64,000 nt of DNA from Octopus vulgaris (Eukaryota): positions 23,870,001 through 23,934,000 of the forward strand of contig OX597825.1 of the NCBI GenBank assembly GCA_951406725.2, in the 5' to 3' direction. Of this stretch, positions 55,562 through 64,000 are shown one piece after another. The position numbers and the translations under genes are program-made. Under the pieces are notes generated by a model. It ran no database searches and was not told the origin of the DNA. It worked only from the letters and a program-made list of their open reading frames with translations. The first letter of the stretch is position 1; the number at the start of each line of letters is the position of its first letter.

Positions 55562-58200
55562 CTATGTTTAACTTTTGCTTTATATTTGTACAAGTTGGCT
55601 CCAAGTCTCACCCAGAGACCTCAAGAGACAACAGGGTTGGAAGTTCATGTTGTTGTTATGCCTAGTGTGCCATATATTTGGGGGGGGGGGTTGTTGTACT
55701 AATGAATTTCTAAAAAAAAAAAAAAAAAAAAAAAAAGGTTTTTTTTTTTTTTAAACCGAAAATTATGTTTGTTTTAAACCTTGAGATTACATAGAGAGTA
55801 TTTTGCGTAGGATATGAGCAGTTCCCATGAGCACTATCTTTTGAACTTCTGCCATTTTTGGGTTTCCTGGTATCAGCCCCTTTTGCTATCATTCCCAGGG
55901 CACCTATGACAACAGGTATTGTTTTAGTCTTCAGCTTCCACATTTTGCTGATTTCTATTTCAAGATCTTTATATTTGCTCAGTTTTTGGTAGGTCTTGAC
56001 AGATACGTTTATATCGATTGGGACAGTCATATCAATGAGGAGGCATGTTCTTTGTTTGAAGTTTTTCAATATGATGTCTGGCCTATTTGCATCTATCTTC
56101 CTGTCAGTTTGAATGGTGAAGTTCCAGAGGAGTGAGATGTGGTCATTTTCAAGCACTGGGGGTGGTTTGTGTTCCCACCAGTTTTTTTCATGGGGCAAAT
56201 CCAGGTTTTTACAGATTACCCAGTGAATATATTGTGCAGCTCTATCGTGCCTGTTGAGATACTCTGTAGGCGCTAGAAGACTGCACTTGGAGACCACATG
56301 GTCAATGGTTTCATTTTGTTGCTTGCATACACGACACGTTGGACTGCTTCTGATCTTTAATATGTTGGCCTGGTAGTTTCTTGTTGGTAGGCATTGATCT
56401 TGAGCTGCTATGATAAACCCCTCTGTTTCAGATTTTAAGCCAGAGGCCATTAGCCATTGATGGGTCAGGGCTTTGTCGATATCTGCATTATTCGCTCTCT
56501 TTGGGTATTTGCCATAGAGAGGTTTTTCTTGCCATTTATTATTCAGAATATCTAAGGCCGCAGTTTTGGCACGGGTTTTCATGCGCCTAGCTTTTTCTGT
56601 GCTTGTTTCTTGTATATCTATCTCTAATTCCGAAATTGGTTGTATTCGGAATTCACTTAGATATTCCTTTGCCTGTTTTGTGACTGAGTATGATGCTTTC
56701 TTGTTTTCATGTTTTGAGACAAGTTTTAGCATCCAGTCCTCAGAGTTTTTCAGGTAGGTGTCTAGGCCAATTGTAGCAATCTTCATTGTTATTGCCAGTT
56801 GCAAAAGACCACGGCCTCCCTCTTTTCTTGGCAGATAGAGTCGTTCTGTATCTGCCTTAGGGTGGTGCATTCTATGCATTGTCAACAGTTTCCTTATTTT
56901 TCTGTCGAGCTGACATATTTCAGTAATTGACCAGTTAACAATATTGAAACTGTAAGTCACGACTGGTATAGCTAATGCATTGATTGCTTCGATCCTGTTT
57001 CTTGCATTCAGCTCTGTCTTGAGTATTGCTCTCACTCTTCGATAGCATTCTCTCCTGATCCTTTCCTTCATCTCTGAATGCCTTATTCCGTTCCCTTCAA
57101 TTATCCCTAGGTACTTGTAGCTCTCCGCTGGGTCTAGTTCTTTTATGACATTCTGTTGGTCAAGGTTAACGTTAGATGTTTCTGTCATTTTTCCTTTGAT
57201 AAAGGTAGCCTTTGCACATTTATCGAGGCCGAATTGCATTCTGATGTCGTCACTGAATTGTTTGACTATCGCTAGTAAGCCCTTGAGTTGTTGATCATTT
57301 TTTGCAAAAAGCTTTAAATAATCCATGTAAACGAGATGATTTATTATATTTTTATCAAACATTTTATACCCGTACTGCGCATCATTGAGCAGCTTTGAGA
57401 GAGGTATTAAGGATAAACAAAAGAGGAGTGGTGACAGTGAGTCACCCTGGAAAATGCCACACGAAATTTTTACATCACCAGCATTTAGGGATTCACTGTC
57501 ACTGTTCAGAGTTAGTGTGGTTCTCCATGATCTCATACTTACAGTCAAGAGGTTTGGCAGAGTTGGTGCTATCTTATACATTTCAAGGCATTTCCTAATC
57601 CAGCTATGTGGTAGGCTATCAAAAGCCTTTTTATAGTCTATCCAGGCTATTGATAAGTTTTTGTGTCGTTTGTGACAATCTTCTAAGATCATCTTATTGA
57701 TGAGTAGTTGGTCTTTACAGCCGTAGTATCCACGTTTACATCCTTTCTGTTCATTAGGGAATATGCTGCTGTCTGTTAAAAAACTATAGGTATATTCCGT
57801 CAGGACAGATGTTAGTGTTTTGTACATAGTTGTTAAGCAGGTTATGGGTCTATAGTTTTTTGGTTCATTTGTTTCTTCACTTTTTGGAAGCAGGAATGTT
57901 AACCCATTAACTAGCCAAGGAGGCATCCTACTAGGGTGTTGCAAAACATCATTGTACAGTTCTGTTAGAAGTCCATGGCTCTCTGGGAAGGCATTCAGCC
58001 AGAAGTTAGGAATTTTATCCTTTCCTGGAGACTTCCATTTGCTTGACCTCCTGAGAGCAGATCTTATATCTTCTACCTTGACACCCTCCCACTTTTGCTC
58101 TTCTAAGGGGTCCAGTTCTGTAGATATTCTGTCAATCCAGGGGGCCTTTTCGTTGTGTGTTTTTTTCTTCTGCCCAGATTTTATTCCAAAATCTCTGCAC
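55562..58200 (-). mobile_element. R4/Dong-like non-LTR retrotransposon, 5'-truncated, in (TAA)n
   Basis: RT + CCHC + RLE ORF; 3'UTR ends catagaataataa; (TTA)n tracts at 55535-55561 and from about 58228. Confidence 0.92.
55710..58160 (-). pseudogene. Reverse transcriptase / zinc knuckle / restriction-like endonuclease ORF
   Basis: WKSPGKD, YRPITCL, IDYKKAFDS, GIFQGDSLSP, YMDY (YMDD mutated), YKYLG, CRVC..H..C, RHD, RPDII..LID; frame stays open upstream of the listed start to about 58160; C-terminal frameshift before QKIVLMGTAHILRK. Confidence 0.9.
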
Positions 58201-58227
58201 TTCTTCTTTTTCTTTTTCTTCTTCTTC

Positions 58228-58316
<89 letters not shown>

Positions 58317-58672
58317 ATTGTTTTTGTTGTTATTATTATTATTATTTTTAATTTAAATAATTGACAGGCTCATCTGTCTTGAAAGCCCGTGTGTTAGGTG
58401 AAAATATTTGCTTGTATAACAATCTACGTTTTATTTGACTGAAATGAAGAACAGAGAAATGTTTTATGCAAATGCATATTAAAACGTAATGCTTCTCCGA
58501 AAAGCAACGTCACAAACAAAAGCAGAAAAGGAAAAACGCAGACGACCGAAGCATCACAAATCATAGAATACATCAAAAGGGATATTTTTGAATTAATACG
58601 GCATTAAAAGGGTGTCTAAAATCACTTTTTATCGTTAAGTAATTTTTAAATCAGAGAGAGGGAAGAAAAAGT

Positions 58673-58732
<60 letters not shown>

Positions 58733-59332
58733 TACTGCAACTAAATTAAAATACTAGAATCGGCATTATGAAATTGGAGGTGTTATTGAATCGGCACGAA
58801 AGCTCCGTTCTGGAGATTTTGTAGCAGAATAAAAATAAATGGAGGCTTAATATTTATGCATTTTTATTCATTTATTTGAGTCAGAGGCAATGTAAAGTCG
58901 CTTTAACCACGAATAGAAACCGTTTAGGTGTCCGAATCCACTGAGAGCGAATCCAATGCTTTTTATGGCTGCCTCATTCAAACTTTTTTCGGAAATATGC
59001 CCTCGAATTAGTAGAAAGTTATAATCTCGTACCACACTCCTTGCGCAATTTAGATGTGTTCTATTACTTTCTGTTTTTAAATCTAACTTGTGGTAACATA
59101 GTCTTTGCTTTGCATACTTTATTGATCGACAGTCGGAACTTCAATAATGTCAATCAATCATTCGATATCGATCTATAACCTGCAGGAGCTATATACATAG
59201 AACAAGCGACAAAACCTCCGACCACCATGAAACCCATTTATCAGTGAACGAGGTCTGAAAGGTCTGGTTTACTAATTGAGATTTTCCGTGTCATCATATA
59301 GTGTTTCAAAATACAGGTATCCTGGTAATTGC

Positions 59333-59383
<51 letters not shown>

Positions 59384-59820
59384 AGTGCAATCTTTGCTTC
59401 AGGTGTGGTTTACTGTTACGTTCTCAGTGAGAAGGCCTCTCATCTTTTCAAAGGTTTTATATTTAATTTTTTCCGGGTCACACTCATCCTTTCTCCATCT
59501 CACAAACTGGGAAATAACTGAGGCATGTTTAGTTACCTCCAAATCGACCATAATATGCGCAAGATGCCCTCTCTCCCTGCACTTATGTCCTGGGAAATAT
59601 TCCATTGTCTACGATCTTCTTAAGAAATTTGGTATCATGGTATGCCAAGTTTTTATTAACTAATTAATCTATTTGTATGTATGTATGCATGCTTGTACGC
59701 ATGTATGTATGCATGTTTGTACTATGTGTGTATGTGTTTATGAGTTTGTACGTATGCATGTATGCATGCATATGTGTATGTATGTACGTACGTATGCATA
59801 TATGTATGTAATTATGTATG

Positions 59821-60373
59821 TCAGGTCACTTTCGAGTGCTACTGGTAACATGTAACCCAGTACAAACTGTTGCATGCTCAGGTCGTCGGTGACTAAACCG
59901 GCAACCCCACCAAGCTTGCTTGGCGAGGAGGGGGTTTATTGGACACCCTGTGGGATGAAAAACAAAACCCGTCAAAGGGTGGAGGAACTCTTGAGAGTCA
60001 ACGGCCTTCCAATAAATGTCTTAAGGCTGTATCATGCGCGGGGACATAGAAATAATCGGACTGAATACCCAATCGCGCGGTTAAACCATTGGGAGTGAAG
60101 GACTCCTAGCGTTTGTTAGGGCATCCTTCTAGGAGAAGGTAACTCAGGTAACTGGGATGACTCCGATATAAAACCTGCGGCTCAGTGGTTACCGTTGATG
60201 TTGGCTTGTTCTTCTTTTCGGATAATGGCTGCTGTTGCTTAGTGAGTGGGATTGACTCAGTGCACAGCCATTCCTCACTTTAAAAGAAATCTTCTTGCAC
60301 TGGCATTGCACGATAATAACATCAATTAAGCTTCGCGCAATGGCCATACTCGATAACGAGGGGGCAGCCACCA
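59821..60373 (+). mobile_element. Internally deleted (bipartite) RTE-derived non-autonomous element
   Basis: RTE 5'UTR-like gggcatccttctaggagaaggtaactc...ataaaacc joined to a 3' tail nearly identical to 13314-13358; (TATG)n-like flanks. Confidence 0.65.
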
Positions 60374-60595
60374 TGTTTGTATGTATTCATGTATATACGT
60401 ATATATGTACATATGTATGTACGTATGTATGTATGCATGTATGTGTATATGTATGTGTGAGTATATGTATGTATGTATGCATTTATGTACGTATGTATGT
60501 ATATATATGTATATGTATGCATATATTTACGTATGTAGGTATGTGTGTATGTAGGTATGTGTGTATGTATGTATGTATGTATGTATGTATCTATG

Positions 60596-60634
<39 letters not shown>

Positions 60635-60639
60635 ATGTA

Positions 60640-60955
60640 TGAAGGACTTAGCGACTAGGATTATTCCGCTCACAATAATAAGGTGGTGAGTTCAATTCCC
60701 AGCGACACATTGTGTCCTTGAGCAAGACACTTTATTTCACATTGCTCCAGTCCGCTCAACTGGAAAAAAATGAATTGTGCCTGTAATTGTAATTGTAATT
60801 CGTCGCATTTTGTGTCACCGTGCACCTCCTTGAGAACTACGTGAAGGGCATGTGTGTCTGTGGAGTGCTCAGCCATATACAAGTTAAATTCACGAGCAGG
60901 CTGTTCTGTTCCTCGGGTCGACTGGAACGCTCGTCGTCGCAAACGACCGAGTACC
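60640..60955 (+). mobile_element. SINE, head D + tail C
   Basis: gagttcaattcc, ccttgagcaagacactttatttcac, gagaactacg...ttcacgagcaggctgttc. Confidence 0.8.
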
Positions 60956-62199
60956 ATCTGTTGCTGTTTGTATGTAACCGCAGTGGAATAGCAAAAGGGA
61001 GTAAACATTATACATTGATGCAGTGGCTCTCTAACATTCTTAGCTCATCCATCTTTTAACCAAAAGCGTTTACAAATATCCTTCCTCATATTTAGCAGAA
61101 AAAAAATTACTTAAAATTCTAGTCAATTATTGGGGTTAATTTAATCGATTAACCTCCTCACAAATTTGTGATCTTTTTGCTATTGTTATAAATCAATAAT
61201 GTTGATTGATGGAAACAGGGATAATGAAAGTGTTATTATTACGATACACATGCTTTTCCAAAAGACATTTCAAAGAAACATGAACCGAACCGCATGTTTT
61301 GATCAAAAACTTCGATCATTCAGTTGAACGTTGTTTATCATTGACAAGGTAACAAGCCGTTCCAGATTTATTGGAAACCAATTAGGATGTTATATTATTC
61401 ATACTTTTCGCAAAGTATTAGCAATGTGAGAACAATGGATTCAGATAGAAGCACTAAAACCATAACCACGGCTCACCAGAAGCTGACATCTCATAGTACT
61501 GCACACATTTAACATCCCTCAGTTTCCTATAAAATTAGTTGAAAGGGTTTAATAAGAGCAATTTGTTCAGCATAAAATTGTTTATGTTAAACCAGGATAT
61601 TCTGTCTACCTTCAGGAAGTTATATTTTCCTGTGTTTTCCTAATTAGATAAAAATATATCTTGATGAGATAGAACATGTATTTTCAGAACAAAGTAATTT
61701 ATTTTAAGAAATATGGAGAAGAACGAAACGGCTTCGGGTGAAGTTTGTCAGATGTCAGATGATTTTGTGCTGCGTTGCCTCATTCAGTTAAATGCTAAAG
61801 CTAAACTTTATCTCCGCCTGTTCTTGTGCAGATGACAGATAAGAACCGACCTTTTGGTTGAGGCAATGAACATGACTTTATATTCATATTGTGTTGTAAG
61901 TGATTTTGAATGAGCGTTAGCAAATAGGCAATCAATCACAGAACTGTGTGAGGGAATGAACTTAATGAAAATGTCTGAGACTATCTTAACTAAGTTGATT
62001 TGATTGTAACTGCCAGAGGAAAATCAGATTGTTGTTGCGTACCATTTTGAGTATTATTCAACTACGGACAAACACAAAAGTACGAAGCAAAGGAGAAGCT
62101 AAAAATAGTATGAAATGCAACCAGTCGTTTTTTGCGAGCGTATCTATAGCTTGGTAACGTGTACCAAACGTTCGCTAATTGTTTTAGATACATTTATGG

Positions 62200-62410
62200 T
62201 CGGGAACAGACATAGCCACCCTCCAGGCGCTCTCAGCCTTTACTGTGATAAATTCAGGAATGTGACAGCGGTGAGTGAGAGCTCTTCCAGCACCCAGTAG
62301 GGAACTTATTTACGGCTGCACAGGCTGGAGCAACGTGAAAAAAAGGTACCCTGCTCAAGGACAAAATACGCTGCCGGTTTAAGTATTGAACCTGCGACGT
62401 TGTGATCACC
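62200..62410 (-). mobile_element. Degenerate SINE with body D
   Basis: ctggagcaacgtgaaa...tgctcaaggaca. Confidence 0.55.
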
Positions 62411-62459
62411 TTGTTAGTTGACTATCTAGTGTGTGTGTGTGTGTGTATTAGGGAAATGG

Positions 62460-62788
62460 TGAAGGAACGTGGCTTAGTGGTTAGCATATTCGGCTCTTGA
62501 TCATAAGGTCGTGAGTTCAATTCTCGGCAGTGCATTGTGACCTTGAGCAAGACATTCTAATTCCCGTTACTCCAGTCCACTCACCTGACAAGAGTGCATT
62601 GTACCTTTACTTCAAAGAACCAAACTTGTGTCACGTTCAGGTGTCACGCAGTATCTCCCTGATAACTACGTTTACGGTTACGCGTATCTGTGGAGTACTC
62701 AGCCACTTTTAAGTTAATTTTATAAGCAAGCTGATCCACAGATCAGATCAACTGGAACGTTCGTCATCGTAACCGACAGAGAACCAGT
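62460..62788 (+). mobile_element. SINE, head D + tail C
   Basis: gtggcttagtggttagc, gagttcaattc, gaccttgagcaag, cgtcatcgtaaccgac. Confidence 0.8.
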
Positions 62789-63244
62789 TATTAGCAAAAT
62801 ATTGTACTCGGCAAAGAAAATTGAAAGAGTATATAATCTGTCGAGCACTTCAATAAATATATGGATCGGTAAAATAATCACTTAATAAAGTACAGTCGTC
62901 GTCCTTATCTTGAAAGGTCTTGAAGGTAGCACCTCAGTATTGCCGTAATCCAACGGCAGAAACCTGCACAAGATGAAGGAAAAAAGTAACAAAACAAATG
63001 ACATAATCAAAGCCAACGTTGAGGTCTAACGACAAAATGCATCGCCAAAAGCGATCGGTTAACTTTACTTTGAAATTGAACTATATCTGATCTGAAATCG
63101 ACAGCCGCCAGTCAAGGGAACTGGCCCAGAGGATTCAAGGTGTCTTGCAAAACCCAAGCAGTAGATTTGAACTCGTGATTCGAAAACAAGTGGTCAAATT
63201 CCGTGTTAAGTCGAAAATCTATTGTTGCATTTAATAAATAAATA

Positions 63245-63750
63245 AATGGGCCCTTTTAAAGCCTAGCCAGACTCATGGGACCGGTTTCCCGGTTTCAGTG
63301 GCGTATGATATCCCCAGCTGGACGGGACGCCAGTCCATCACAGCGTTACTCATTTTTGCCAACTGAGTGGACTGGAGCAACGTGAAATGAAGTGTTTTGC
63401 TCAAGAACACAACGTGTCGCCCGGTCTAGGAATCGAAACCACAATCTTACAATCATGATGCTGACACCCTCACCACTTAGCTATGCGCCTCCACTAAATA
63501 AATGCGCCCTTTTATACCCTAGCGAGGGCCATGGGCCCGGTTTCCTGGTTTTTATGGCGTATGTGTTCCCCAGCTGGACGGGACGCCAGTCCATCGCAGC
63601 GTTACTCATTTTTGCCAGCTGAGTGGACTGGAGCAACGTGAAATGAAGTGTTTTGCTCAAGAACACAACGTGTCGCCCGGTCCAGGAATCGAAACCACAA
63701 TCTTACGATCATGCTGCTGACACGCTAACTACTAAGTCACGCGCCTCCAC
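63245..63750 (-). mobile_element. Two adjacent full SINE copies, head D + tail E
   Basis: Units 63245-63493 and 63494-63750, each with its own ggaggcgc head, a tgcgatggactggcgtcccgtccagc-type segment and an (ATTT) tail. Confidence 0.85.
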
Positions 63751-64000
63751 TATTCTTACATTTACGGAGAGAAAAAGAACACATTAGAAAACCAGAAAAT
63801 TATGTGGTTTGGCTAAATAGTAAAAGCAAGTTGAGGATAACAGAATAACCAAAGATAATAAAACTTGATATTTGTATGTCCTCATTCTTCTATAAAACAA
63901 TTACGCTTGACAGAAGACTTTAACTTGTAAACAAGATTTCTATTCTTATCTCTTTTTCTTTGAATTCGTTTTCTTTATGAAGAAAAGTATTAAAATGTCT

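Noticed and set aside
59399-59605. HKCRERGH zinc-knuckle-like peptide
   Set aside because: The CCHC motif is incomplete and there are no supporting neighbouring domains.

Overview
AT-rich, microsatellite-saturated eukaryotic non-coding DNA with no host protein-coding gene that I can support. Almost all ORF-track entries are translations of (TA)n, (TAA)n, (CATA)n, (TCTA)n, (GAT)n or (CT)n repeats. The SINE families and repeat density suggest an octopus-type cephalopod (inference). Recognisable content is transposable elements. DNA elements: a full-length degenerate IR/DR Tc1 (DD34E), a full-length degenerate mariner (DD34D), two MITEs and a Helitron PIF1 remnant. Retroelements: several R4/Dong-like restriction-like-endonuclease (RLE) LINEs in (TAA)n, a second RLE family in (CATA)n, CRE-, RTE-, CR1- and Gypsy-like fragments, Penelope-type ends with hammerhead-like cores, and many modular tRNA-derived SINEs. 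The most unusual signal is three head-to-tail SINE multimers (2, 3 and 5 units of about 184 bp). Each has a single promoter head, every internal unit restarts at the same point in a stem-loop, and the dimer is bounded by one TSD. Other points of interest are microsatellite-type partitioning of retroelements, a bipartite RTE (5'UTR fused to 3' tail), a ~70-nt tRNA-like element with a Dong-type end, and an apparent locally templated 12-nt insertion. Coordinates were read by eye; degenerate boundaries are approximate.
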